NCBI GenBank assembly: GCA_902566675.1
Contig: CACFJO010000001.1
Location: 6,394-70,393 of the forward strand
Direction of reading: 5' to 3'
DNA length: 64,000 bases
Origin: an uncultured Pelagibacteraceae bacterium
Lineage (GTDB): Bacteria > Pseudomonadota > Alphaproteobacteria > Pelagibacterales > Pelagibacteraceae
Shown: positions 1-11,691 of the stretch, piece by piece
How the letters are laid out: the number at the start of each line of letters is the position of its first letter
Numbering within the stretch: the stretch's first letter is position 1
Position numbers and translations under genes: made by a program
Notes under the pieces: generated by a model
The model's input: only the letters and a program-made list of their open reading frames with translations
What the model was told of the DNA's origin: nothing
Database searches by the model: none

Positions 1-546
1 GTCATAACCCAATGTCCAAAATATGGCCGCTAGATAAAGTAGAATAATTTCATTAGAAATATTGTTATTTATAGACACCCAAGCCATTATTATTCCCCAA
101 TTGAATGTAATACCCAAAAATAATTGAGGCCAATATGTAATCCTTTTCATGAACGGGTATGCAAAAGCCAGAAACATTGAACTTAATCCTAAAACTATTG
201 TCAGAAAATTAAATTGTATTAAAATTAAAAATGCCATTCCACACAGAGCGATCACATAAATAAAAGCATGCAAAACTTTTATCTTTTCTGCAGCAATAGG
301 CCTTTGTTTTGTTCTTGTTACCTTTTTATCAAAATCTTTATCAACGATGTCATTGAATATGCACCCAGCACTTCGCATAAAAACTGAGCCCAAAAAAAAT
401 AAAATTAGGTAGTATAAAAATAAATCTAAACTAGGATCAAAAGAGTTGGCAAATGCCAAACCCCATGCGCATGGCCAAAACAAAAGCATAAACCCAATGG
501 GTTTGTTTAATCTAGTCAAATCTATGAAAATTTTTATACGATCCAT
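1..546 (-). CDS. ubiA: 4-hydroxybenzoate octaprenyltransferase (partial; 3' end lies beyond window start)
   Basis: Manual translation from ATG at 546: MDRIKIFIDLTRLNKPIGFMLLFWPCAWGLA...MRSAGCIFNDIVDKDFDKKVTRTKQRPIAA, containing the UbiA RLxKPIG and NDxxDxxxD motifs; absent from the ORF track. Confidence 0.93.
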   Translation of the reverse strand, partial: MDRIKIFIDLTRLNKPIGFMLLFWPCAWGLAFANSFDPSLDLFLYYLILFFLGSVFMRSAGCIFNDIVDKDFDKKVTRTKQRPIAAEKIKVLHAFIYVIALCGMAFLILIQFNFLTIVLGLSSMFLAFAYPFMKRITYWPQLFLGITFNWGIIMAWVSINNNISNEIILLYLAAIFWTLGYD

Positions 547-556
547 TAAATATTAC

Positions 557-585
557 TTGTAAATATCAAACACTAACTACATAAT
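557..585 (+). promoter_or_regulatory. Putative sigma70 promoter for the ORF at 600
   Basis: TTGTAA(557-562)-N17-CATAAT(580-585); GANTC site (GATTC, 592-596) just before the ATG. Confidence 0.4.
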
Positions 586-599
586 CAATTTGATTCGAT

Positions 600-1010
600 A
601 TGGATATTGATTACACAGTAGCAGCTTTAATGTTTCCGGCTATTCCATTAATGATGACAATGTATAGTAATCGTTTTCATACTCTCAGTGCACTAATTAG
701 AAAAATACACGATCAGTATACTTTTGAAAAAAAAGTCCCACCAGAGTGGGAGAATCAATTACATGTTTTAAACAAAAGAACGAATTATCTTAAGTTTGTA
801 ATGGGATTTTCAGCATTTGGTTTTTTATTTAATATGCTAACAGTCTTGTTGCTTTATTTAGATCTTGTTTTTTATGCAAGACTAAGTTTTGCATCATGTT
901 GTATCTGTATGATATTTTCTATCTTTTTATTTTTACAGGAAATAAGACTTTCTAATGAAGCTCTTAAATTTCACTTGAGTGACATGGACTCAATGAAAAA
1001 AGATTTGTAA
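600..1010 (+). CDS. DUF2721-like small membrane protein
   Basis: FPAIPL...Y.NRF..L..LIR.I N-terminal pattern; three hydrophobic segments. Confidence 0.7.
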   Translation: MDIDYTVAALMFPAIPLMMTMYSNRFHTLSALIRKIHDQYTFEKKVPPEWENQLHVLNKRTNYLKFVMGFSAFGFLFNMLTVLLLYLDLVFYARLSFASCCICMIFSIFLFLQEIRLSNEALKFHLSDMDSMKKDL

Positions 1011-1274
1011 TTAACTTTTTTCTAAAAGTTTCTTTTTAAAAAGAGAAATTCCTTTTCTTATTTTATGTTTATAAGACTCATTAAAAGTTTCAAGTTGCCA
1101 ACCCTTCATTCTTCCAGTAATTATTTCTAAATTTTTACTTTTCCATTCATTAGATGTGCTTTCTTCTTTCCAAAACTTTTTTTCCTCATCAGTTCTAGCA
1201 CATCCATAACAGAATCCTGTAACAGGATCAGTTTTACAAATACTTATACACGGTGAAATTATCTTCTTACTCAT
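1011..1274 (-). CDS. DUF1289 family Cys-rich protein (predicted Fe-S)
   Basis: SPCISICKTD...GFCYGCART..E...W signature. Confidence 0.85.
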   Translation of the reverse strand: MSKKIISPCISICKTDPVTGFCYGCARTDEEKKFWKEESTSNEWKSKNLEIITGRMKGWQLETFNESYKHKIRKGISLFKKKLLEKS

Positions 1275-2248
1275 TAAGGAATAAAAATAGCTGGACCAAC
1301 TAATTTTCTTGCTTCTAAATCTTGATGCGCTTCTTTTGCATCAGAAAGCTTGTACTTTTTTGCTATCTTTATTTTAATTTTACCAAATTTTATTTTTTCA
1401 AATATCGAGTCAGCTCCGGCTTGTAGTTCTCTCCTGTTCGTGAAGTATTGTGCTATTGATGGTCTTGTGAGGTAAAGACCTTTAGGTTGAATATCTTTAG
1501 GAACATTTACAGGATCTAATGGTCCAGAGGCATTTCCAAAACTTATCATCATCCCTCTTGTTTTTAGACATGCAAGAGATTTTTGAAAAGTATTTTTCCC
1601 AACCCCATCAAATACAGCAGATACTCCTTCGTTTTTAGTTATTTTCATAACTTCTTTAGAAAAATCCCCTTTGGAATAATTAATAACACTTGAGTATCCA
1701 TTTTCTTCTGCAATTTTTATTTTTTCATCAGAGCCAACTGTGCCAATTACTTTTGCACCAATACTATTCGCCCACTGTGCAAAGATTTGACCTACTCCGC
1801 CAGCTGCAGCATGGAATAAAACTGTTTCACCAGCTTTAAGTTTATAAGTTTTAGTAAGCAGATAATTAGTGGTTAAGCCTTTCGTCATTAGACTCGCGGC
1901 TAACTCGTGAGAAATCCCATCAGGAATTTTTACAGCTATTTTAGCTGGTATAATTCTTTGTTGTGAATAAGCTCCAATTGGAACTGACGCATAGGCTATA
2001 TTTTCTCCTTTGTTGAACTCAGTAACATTTGAACCTACTTCATCAATTTTTCCTGCAGCCTCTAAACCTATCCCACTTGGTAGTTTAATCGGATACAAAC
2101 CTGATCTATGGTAAGTATCAATATAGTTCAAACCAATAGCATAATTTGTAATTTTTATATCGTCTGGTCCCGGGGATCCAACCTCAACATCTTGAAGTTC
2201 TAAAACTTCAGGCCCTCCAGTTTTTTTAATAATTATTGATTTTGGCAT
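1274..2248 (-). CDS. qor: NADPH:quinone oxidoreductase (zeta-crystallin/MDR family)
   Basis: GGPEVL, GLNYIDTYHRSGLY, HAAAGGVG, DGVGK, FGNASG motifs. Confidence 0.92.
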   Translation of the reverse strand: MPKSIIIKKTGGPEVLELQDVEVGSPGPDDIKITNYAIGLNYIDTYHRSGLYPIKLPSGIGLEAAGKIDEVGSNVTEFNKGENIAYASVPIGAYSQQRIIPAKIAVKIPDGISHELAASLMTKGLTTNYLLTKTYKLKAGETVLFHAAAGGVGQIFAQWANSIGAKVIGTVGSDEKIKIAEENGYSSVINYSKGDFSKEVMKITKNEGVSAVFDGVGKNTFQKSLACLKTRGMMISFGNASGPLDPVNVPKDIQPKGLYLTRPSIAQYFTNRRELQAGADSIFEKIKFGKIKIKIAKKYKLSDAKEAHQDLEARKLVGPAIFIP

Positions 2249-2273
2249 AATGAAGAGGAACGTACTTTAACTT

Positions 2274-3116
2274 TTAGTATTTAGCAAATGTTCCATTGTT
2301 GTAGTCTTCAATTGCTTCAAGAATTTCAGCTTTAGTATTCATTACAAATGGCCCACCTCTGGCAATCGGTTCACCTATTGGCTTACCTGCAATAAATAAA
2401 AACTCAGATTTTTTAGTTGCTTTAACTTTCAGTTTATTGCCTCTTTCAAGCAAAATTAAATTTGAGTCAGTAGTTCTAACGTGTTTTTTTTCTCCAATTT
2501 TCAATTCACCTTTAAGCAAATATATAAAAGCGTTATGTGCTTCAGGAACATCACAGTTAAAATCTTTTTCCTCATTTAGAATTATATGGAAGTAAATTGG
2601 TTCAATGTTGTGTTTTTTTTCAGGACCTTCAGCTTTTTCATATTTGCCAGCAATCACTTTTATAATTTTTTCGTTGTCTTTATGTACTCCAAGTTCATTA
2701 CCTTTTATATAAAGGTATTCAGGTTTATTCTTTTTCATTTTTGCTGGCATATTGATCCAAAGTTGAAAACCCAATAATTTACCTTCTTTCATAGCAGGCA
2801 TTTCTGAATGTATAATTCCTCTACCAGTCTTCATCCACTGGACATCCCCAGACGTCATAATTCCTTTAGCTCCAGTGCTATCTTGATGTTCAAACTCTCC
2901 GTTTAACATGTAAGTAACTGTCTCTATTCCTCTGTGAGGATGCGGTGGAAAACCAGCTACATAATCATCTTTATTTTCAGATCCAAATTCATCAAGCATT
3001 AAGAAAGGATCAACATAATCTGCTTCAGGCGTTCCTATACTTCTTTTAAGTTTAACGCCTGCACCATCAGAGGCGTTTAAAGCTTTAATTATTTTTTTTA
3101 CTTCAATTGATGACAT
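2274..3116 (-). CDS. Pirin family protein
   Basis: DPFLMLDEF, GFPPHPHRGIETVTY, GRGIIHSEMP, FQLWINMP, GPFVMNT. Confidence 0.93.
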   Translation of the reverse strand: MSSIEVKKIIKALNASDGAGVKLKRSIGTPEADYVDPFLMLDEFGSENKDDYVAGFPPHPHRGIETVTYMLNGEFEHQDSTGAKGIMTSGDVQWMKTGRGIIHSEMPAMKEGKLLGFQLWINMPAKMKKNKPEYLYIKGNELGVHKDNEKIIKVIAGKYEKAEGPEKKHNIEPIYFHIILNEEKDFNCDVPEAHNAFIYLLKGELKIGEKKHVRTTDSNLILLERGNKLKVKATKKSEFLFIAGKPIGEPIARGGPFVMNTKAEILEAIEDYNNGTFAKY

Positions 3117-3137
3117 TAATATAAATATAATACATGT

Positions 3138-3797
3138 TTATATTTTATCAAGGAGCTGCGTTAAGTTGCTAATTTCATTTTTTGGTTGATAATCAAGAAT
3201 ATCGAACTCTGACTTGTTTCTATTTACCCAAATGGAATTATAACCAAAGTTTCCACCTCCAGAAACATCCCAAGTATTTGCGCTTAAAAAAGTTATTTCA
3301 TTATTTTGTAAATTATACTTTTTTAATGGTATTTCATATACTCTTGAGTCAGGTTTATAAACCTTTACTTCTTCGATAGAAAAAAGGTCATCAAACAAAT
3401 TATTTAACTTATTACTAGCCACTAACTCATCTAGAAGATCAGGAGTCCCGTTAGAAAGTATGGCAAGTTTAAAGTTTTTCTTTTTTAAATCTTCTAAGAC
3501 CCCTTTAACTTCTGGATAAGGAGATAGAATTTTATAAAGACTTAGCAACTCATTTTTCATACTTCTATCGATATTAAATACTTTCATAGATTTATCTAAA
3601 CTGTCCTCGGTAATTTCCCAAAAATTTTTATGTCTTCTCATTAAACTTCGAAGCCAAGTATATTCAAGCTGAGTGGTTCTCCAAAAATTTGAAAATGCTT
3701 CCCACTTACTTCCAATTTTATCTTTACATTTTTCAGCAGCTGAATTTACATCGAATAACGTACCATAAGCGTCAAAAACTACTGCCTTTGTTTTCAT
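3138..3797 (-). CDS. Haloacid dehalogenase type II (L-2-haloacid dehalogenase-like)
   Basis: FDAYGTLFDV nucleophile motif, WRxxQLEYTW, LSNG, YKP, SANTWD. Confidence 0.88.
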   Translation of the reverse strand: MKTKAVVFDAYGTLFDVNSAAEKCKDKIGSKWEAFSNFWRTTQLEYTWLRSLMRRHKNFWEITEDSLDKSMKVFNIDRSMKNELLSLYKILSPYPEVKGVLEDLKKKNFKLAILSNGTPDLLDELVASNKLNNLFDDLFSIEEVKVYKPDSRVYEIPLKKYNLQNNEITFLSANTWDVSGGGNFGYNSIWVNRNKSEFDILDYQPKNEISNLTQLLDKI

Positions 3798-3800
3798 AAT

Positions 3801-4040
3801 TTATTTAATATTATGCGAACCATCACATAATGGTTGATCGTTTGTTTGTTTACAGGAACAGAAAAAAACTTTTTTTGATTGTTCGGCTAAATATTTTAAA
3901 GGCATAAATTCAGTTCCTTTATGTGAACCATCACAAAAAGGTTGCTTAGAGCTAATCCCACAAGTACACCAAAAATAAGATTTTCCCTCTAATACATTAA
4001 TGCTAATCGGAGTGTCTCCGGCTCTTTTACCTTTTTTCAT
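3801..4040 (-). CDS. Tandem CDGSH iron-sulfur domain protein (MiNT/CISD3-like)
   Basis: Two motifs: WCTCGISSKQPFCDGSH and FCSCKQTNDQPLCDGSH. Confidence 0.92.
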   Translation of the reverse strand: MKKGKRAGDTPISINVLEGKSYFWCTCGISSKQPFCDGSHKGTEFMPLKYLAEQSKKVFFCSCKQTNDQPLCDGSHNIK

Positions 4041-4086
4041 TAAAGCTACTTTATATCTCTAAAATTTGTTTATATTATAGTTACTA

Positions 4087-4797
4087 ATGAATATTAGATT
4101 ATATCATCCAGACAGTATACTAGAAAATAACACAGGTTTGTTAAATAAAGAGCACACTCATTATGTTGTAAATGTTATGCGACTTAAAAGGGGCTCAAAC
4201 TTAAATTTTTTTAATAAAAACGGAGAGTGGAAAAGTGAAATAATTTTTTTAAATAAAGATAGAGTCGAAGTTAGGTTTTTAGAAAAAATTAAAGAAGCTA
4301 AAAATCTATCTAAAACTGAAATAGCAATTTGTTTGGTCAAAAAAAATCCGATGGATAATATTCTTCAAAAAGCCACAGAGCTTGGTGTCCGTAAAATAAT
4401 TCCAATAGTTTCAGAGAGGACAGAAGTAAAAGAATTGAATATTGATAGAGCAAAAAAAATTGTGATTGAGGCAACCGAGCAATCTAATCAACTTGTTCCT
4501 CCAGAAATTACAAATGTAATTAAATTGAAAGATTTTTTGAAAGCATTTGATGGAACTTCAAAACTTTTATTTGCTGATGTTAATTCAAAAGATAATTTAA
4601 AAATCGAGGATTTAAAAAACTTTAAATCTCTCTGTATATTAATTGGTCCTGAGGGTGATTTTTCCCCTTTAGAGCGTAAGTCTATCCTTCAAAATAGAAC
4701 GGTAAAACCTTTTACGTTATCTAGAAACATTCTAAGGTCCGATACCGCTGTAATAAGCGCGATTTCATTAGTAAATTTTATCAATAACTTTAATTAA
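4087..4797 (+). CDS. rsmE: 16S rRNA m3U1498 methyltransferase
   Basis: HY..NVMRL, QKATELGV, EATEQS, IGPEGDFS, ILRSDTA. Confidence 0.92.
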   Translation: MNIRLYHPDSILENNTGLLNKEHTHYVVNVMRLKRGSNLNFFNKNGEWKSEIIFLNKDRVEVRFLEKIKEAKNLSKTEIAICLVKKNPMDNILQKATELGVRKIIPIVSERTEVKELNIDRAKKIVIEATEQSNQLVPPEITNVIKLKDFLKAFDGTSKLLFADVNSKDNLKIEDLKNFKSLCILIGPEGDFSPLERKSILQNRTVKPFTLSRNILRSDTAVISAISLVNFINNFN

Positions 4798-4848
4798 TTG
4801 TCGCATTAATTGAAATTGTGAAATCATCTAAAAACTGTATAAAAACTC

Positions 4849-7274
<2,426 letters not shown>

Positions 7275-7275
7275 A

Positions 7276-8196
7276 TTGAGCCAGATAAGTATAAAGACTA
7301 GAAATTCTAAAGTTGGTTTAGCATCAGATTTAAACTCTTTTTTTAACTTAATGAAACCAAGGGTAATGTCTCTTGTGCTATTTACTTGTATGGTTGGTTT
7401 ACTAATCGCTCCCATAAACGTGAACTTTACTTCTGCTTTTATTTCTTTATTAGCTGTAGCTATAGGTTCTGGAGCTGCTGGCACACTTAATATGTGGTAC
7501 GAGTCAGATCTAGATGCTTTAATGAGCAGAACTTGTCTAAGACCAATCCCAACTGGAAAGGTAAAAAAAGATCAAGCTTTATATTTTGGTATAATTTTAT
7601 CGGCTTTGTCAGTGAGCATAATCTATTTTTCAGCTAACTTAATTTCTGCAATTTTATTAGCATCGACAATTGCTTTTTATTTTTTTGTTTATACAATTTG
7701 GTTAAAAAGAAAAACTCCACAAAATATTGTTATAGGTGGTGCTGCTGGAGCGTTACCACCAGTAATTGGATGGACAATAGCCACTGGGAATGTTTCTTTA
7801 GAGCCGCTTATATTATTTTTAATTATCTTCTTATGGACTCCATCACATTTTTGGGCATTAAGTTTATATAAATCAAGCGATTATAAAAAAGCTAATATAC
7901 CAATGCTCCCTATAATTTCAGGAGCAAAAACAACAAAAGTAAATATACTTGTTTATGCTTTAATTATGTTACCTGCAGTAATTGCACCGTACTTTTTAAA
8001 TTTTGCCAGCATATTTTATCTTGCTGTATCTTTTACGATGTCTGTATACTATGTTTATTTATGTTTAAGATTATATAGTTCTAAAATTGCTAGTGCTTCA
8101 AATAAAATAGCGAGAAAAATTTTTATTTACTCAATTTTTTATTTATTTTTTATTTTCTTAATTTTATTAATTGATAATATTATAAAAATAGCATGA
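7276..8196 (+). CDS. ctaB: Protoheme IX farnesyltransferase (heme O synthase)
   Basis: LMKPRVMSL, D..MSRT..RPIPTG, QNIVIGGAAGALPP, WTPSHFWAL; TTG start uncertain. Confidence 0.95.
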   Translation: MSQISIKTRNSKVGLASDLNSFFNLMKPRVMSLVLFTCMVGLLIAPINVNFTSAFISLLAVAIGSGAAGTLNMWYESDLDALMSRTCLRPIPTGKVKKDQALYFGIILSALSVSIIYFSANLISAILLASTIAFYFFVYTIWLKRKTPQNIVIGGAAGALPPVIGWTIATGNVSLEPLILFLIIFLWTPSHFWALSLYKSSDYKKANIPMLPIISGAKTTKVNILVYALIMLPAVIAPYFLNFASIFYLAVSFTMSVYYVYLCLRLYSSKIASASNKIARKIFIYSIFYLFFIFLILLIDNIIKIA

Positions 8197-8306
8197 TGAA
8201 CAAAAAGAAAAAAAATTTAATAACAGCTTTAATATTAATTTTGTTTATGATTTTTTTATTTGTATTAACTTTCTATAATATTGGAATTTATAATCGAGAA
8301 ATATAA
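8193..8306 (+). CDS. Small single-TM protein, CoxF-like (37 aa; below ORF-track cutoff)
   Basis: MMNKKKKNLITALILILFMIFLFVLTFYNIGIYNREI; ATGA overlap with the ctaB stop and TAATG overlap with the ctaG start; fills the whole gap. Confidence 0.8.
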   Translation: MMNKKKKNLITALILILFMIFLFVLTFYNIGIYNREI

Positions 8307-8857
8307 TGAATATAAGCAAAAAGAACTTAACACCTATCATTTTAGTATCAATATTTATACTGATGCTTGCATTATCTTTTGCTGCAGTTCCATTATATGA
8401 TTTATTTTGCAGAGTAACAGGGTTCGGTGGAACCACTCAAAACGCTACTGACAAAGAAATTCCAAAAATTATAGTAAATCAAGACTATAAAATGAGATTT
8501 GATACAAACATTAATAGTACTTTAGATTGGAAATTTTATCCTGAGATGAATACTTTGAACTTAAAGCCAGGTGAAATTCATACAGTAAAATTTAACGTTG
8601 AAAACCCTGGTGATGAAATTTCTTCAGGGTCAGCAACATTTAATGTATCTCCATCACCATTTGGTATTTATCTAAATAAGATAGGCTGTTTTTGTTTTGA
8701 AAAACAAACTTTGCAACCAGGTGAAAAAAAAGAGTTTGTACTAACATTTTTCTTGGATCCTAAAGTTGTTGATGATAAGAAAACAAAAAATATGTCTGAT
8801 GTAACGTTATCTTTTACTTTTTTTTCATCAGGCTACTACGAAAAGAGTAATACATAA
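8306..8857 (+). CDS. ctaG: Cytochrome c oxidase assembly copper chaperone CtaG/Cox11
   Basis: FAAVPLYDLFCRVTGFGGTT, KIGCFCF. Confidence 0.95.
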   Translation: MNISKKNLTPIILVSIFILMLALSFAAVPLYDLFCRVTGFGGTTQNATDKEIPKIIVNQDYKMRFDTNINSTLDWKFYPEMNTLNLKPGEIHTVKFNVENPGDEISSGSATFNVSPSPFGIYLNKIGCFCFEKQTLQPGEKKEFVLTFFLDPKVVDDKKTKNMSDVTLSFTFFSSGYYEKSNT

Positions 8858-9648
8858 TGTCAGCAGAAAAACCAAAACACGATTACCATTTAGTTGATCC
8901 AAGCCCATGGCCTATTTATGTTTCATTCGCCACTTTAGTCTTAGCTTTTGGAGCAGTTTATTATTTTCATTCCAAAGCCCTTTGGTTACTATTAATAGGT
9001 TTCGCATTAGTAGTTTATGGTGCATTTATGTGGTGGAGAGATGTAATAGAAGAAGCAGAACATCAAGGTCATCACACTCCTGTAGTTCAAATTGGACATA
9101 GGTACGGCATGACATTATTTATTGCCAGTGAAGTAATGTTTTTTGTTGCTTGGTTTTGGGCTTTTTTTAACGCAAGTTTATTTCCACCTGACTCTATAGG
9201 CGGTATATGGCCACCAGCAGATATTAAAACTTTTGACCCTTGGGATATACCATTAATTAATACTCTAATTTTATTGTTATCAGGAACTACTGTCACTTGG
9301 GCGCATCATGCAATGTTAGAAAATGACAGAAAGGGATTAGTAAATGGTTTGATAGCTACAGTATTTTTAGGATTTATATTTTCTTGTTTTCAAGCTTATG
9401 AGTATCATCACGCAACATTTACCTTAGATGGTGGGATTTATGGTTCCACATTTTATATGTCGACTGGTTTTCATGGCTTTCATGTAATAGTAGGAACTGT
9501 TTTTCTTGCAGTTTGTTTGTTTCGATCAATGAGAGGCCATTCGACGCCTCAACACCATTTTGGATTTGAGGCAGCAGCTTGGTACTGGCATTTTGTTGAT
9601 GTAGTTTGGTTATTTTTATTTGCTGCGATCTATATTTGGGGAAGTTAA
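8857..9648 (+). CDS. coxC: Cytochrome c oxidase subunit III
   Basis: HDYHLVDPSPWP, TGFHGFHV, WYWHFVDVVW. Confidence 0.97.
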   Translation: MSAEKPKHDYHLVDPSPWPIYVSFATLVLAFGAVYYFHSKALWLLLIGFALVVYGAFMWWRDVIEEAEHQGHHTPVVQIGHRYGMTLFIASEVMFFVAWFWAFFNASLFPPDSIGGIWPPADIKTFDPWDIPLINTLILLLSGTTVTWAHHAMLENDRKGLVNGLIATVFLGFIFSCFQAYEYHHATFTLDGGIYGSTFYMSTGFHGFHVIVGTVFLAVCLFRSMRGHSTPQHHFGFEAAAWYWHFVDVVWLFLFAAIYIWGS

Positions 9649-9655
9649 ACTCAAA

Positions 9656-10318
9656 TTGAAAAGAGCACTTTTATTTCAACTATTCGTAATTTTGTTTGTA
9701 ACAATATTTTGCGCTTTAGGAACTTGGCAACTTTACAGATTGCAATGGAAGCTTGAGTTAATCAGTGAAATAACTTTTGGACTAGACTCTAAACCAGTAG
9801 AATACTCGGACTCAGTAAAAAAAAATTATCAGAGAGTAAGCGCAAAAGGAAAATTTAATTTTGATGATCAAATTTACCTTTATAGCTTGAACAATAGTGG
9901 CAAACCTGGATATGATGTAATTACTCCTTTTAGAACAGACAAAAATCAAAATGTTTTAATTAATAGAGGATGGATTAAAAAAGAACTTAAAGGCAGTCCA
10001 AGTATAAATTTTAAAGAAGAAACCGATAATGAGATAGTTGGTCTTTTAAGAGAAATATATAAACCGAGTATGTTTAAACCAGATAATGACATTCAAAATA
10101 ATATTTGGTTTTCAATAAATTTAGAGGATTTGAAAGAAGCTACAGGAGAACAATTTAATGAATTTGTTATTTTTTTAGAAGATAATCAAGTTAGGTCACC
10201 TCAGCCTAAAAAGATAAGTGTAGATGTGCCAAATAATCACCTTAAATATGCTATAACATGGTATGCAATATCAATTTCAATAATTTTTTATTATTTATAC
10301 TTTAGAAGAAAAAAATGA
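9656..10318 (+). CDS. surf1: SURF1/Shy1 family oxidase assembly protein (likely TTG start at 9656)
   Basis: LGTWQLYRLQWK, LINRGW, NNHLKYAITWY. Confidence 0.92.
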   Translation: MKRALLFQLFVILFVTIFCALGTWQLYRLQWKLELISEITFGLDSKPVEYSDSVKKNYQRVSAKGKFNFDDQIYLYSLNNSGKPGYDVITPFRTDKNQNVLINRGWIKKELKGSPSINFKEETDNEIVGLLREIYKPSMFKPDNDIQNNIWFSINLEDLKEATGEQFNEFVIFLEDNQVRSPQPKKISVDVPNNHLKYAITWYAISISIIFYYLYFRRKK

Positions 10319-11691
10319 ATTATTTTAGCACTAGGGATAAATCTTTAGAATTTAGCTTTAAAGACATTTTCTTAAGGGGACTTGCACCAGGCGGAGGGTT
10401 ATTTTTGCCTGCTGAAGTCAAGAAGTATAGTCAAGAAGAACTTAATAATTTGAGTCAACTAAATTATAACGAACTTGCTACAGAAATTATCTTTAATTTC
10501 TGTTCAGGTGAAATTAAAAAGGAAGAACTTAGTTCACTGATACAAAAATCTTATAGTAGTTTTAAAGATAAAGAAGTCGTAAATATAAAAAAAATTGGAA
10601 ATATAAATCTTCTCGAACTTTATCATGGACCTACTTTAGCTTTTAAAGACATTGCAATGCAGGTAATTGGCAATATGTATGACCATTTAGAAGTCGCAAA
10701 AGATAAAACTGTAAATGTCATAGTTGCTACATCAGGAGATACTGGTTCAGCGGCTATAGCTGCTTTAAGCAATAGAAAAAATATAAATCTTTTTGTACTG
10801 CATCCACATAATAAAATTTCAAATATTCAAAGAAAAATAATGACAACAATTGGTGGAGCTAATATTTATAATATAGCTATTGAGGGTTCATTTGATGATT
10901 GTCAAAAAATTGTAAAAGAGCTTTTTAATGAAAATAGTTTTAGATCAAAAATAAATATGTCAGGCGTAAATTCTATCAATTGGGCGAGAATTGTTTGCCA
11001 AATTGTTTATTATTTTTATTCTTTCTTTAGATTAAAAAAAAACAATATAAGCTTCTCAGTACCAACTGGTAATTTTGGAGATATCTATGCTGGATACGTT
11101 GCAAAAAAAATGGGCTTACCAATTAATAAACTTATAGTCGCTACAAATAAAAATGATATTTTACAAAGAGTTATTAATACGGGTGAATATAAACCTGATA
11201 AAGTGGAAGCAACCATTACACCAAGTATGGATATACAAGTTGCCAGTAATTTTGAGAGGCTGCTTTATTATATATTAGATGAAAGCGATAGTAAGGTCGG
11301 GTCATTAATGAATGATCTTTCATCAAAAAGTTTATTCAATCTAGACAAAAAAGAAATCGATAAAATTAAAAAGGATTTTGAAGCAGTAAAAGTTACAGAT
11401 GAAGAGACAGTATCTATAATTAATGAAATTTATAAAGAGCATCAATTTATAATTGATCCTCATACTGCTACTGGAGTAGGAGCAGCAAAAAGTTTTAAAA
11501 ATTTAGGAGATATAGTTGTTCTTGGTACAGCTCATCCTTACAAGTTTAACGATACTATTAAAAAAGCTATAGGAAAAAATTTAGACTCACCTGAGCACTT
11601 AAAATTGAATATAGATAAAAAGGAAACATTTGATATTATCAGGAATTCAAATTCAGAAGTAAAAAATTATATTTTGAGTAAAATTCAATGA
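10315..11691 (+). CDS. thrC: Threonine synthase
   Basis: YFSTR, GLAPGGGL, ELYHGPTLAFKD, ATSGDTG, NSINWAR, VPTGNFG. Confidence 0.96.
   Translation: MNYFSTRDKSLEFSFKDIFLRGLAPGGGLFLPAEVKKYSQEELNNLSQLNYNELATEIIFNFCSGEIKKEELSSLIQKSYSSFKDKEVVNIKKIGNINLLELYHGPTLAFKDIAMQVIGNMYDHLEVAKDKTVNVIVATSGDTGSAAIAALSNRKNINLFVLHPHNKISNIQRKIMTTIGGANIYNIAIEGSFDDCQKIVKELFNENSFRSKINMSGVNSINWARIVCQIVYYFYSFFRLKKNNISFSVPTGNFGDIYAGYVAKKMGLPINKLIVATNKNDILQRVINTGEYKPDKVEATITPSMDIQVASNFERLLYYILDESDSKVGSLMNDLSSKSLFNLDKKEIDKIKKDFEAVKVTDEETVSIINEIYKEHQFIIDPHTATGVGAAKSFKNLGDIVVLGTAHPYKFNDTIKKAIGKNLDSPEHLKLNIDKKETFDIIRNSNSEVKNYILSKIQ

Noticed and set aside
3830-3940. Short direct repeat GAACCATCACA occurring twice
   Set aside because: It encodes the two CDGSH motifs of one protein; it is not a CRISPR or mobile-element repeat.
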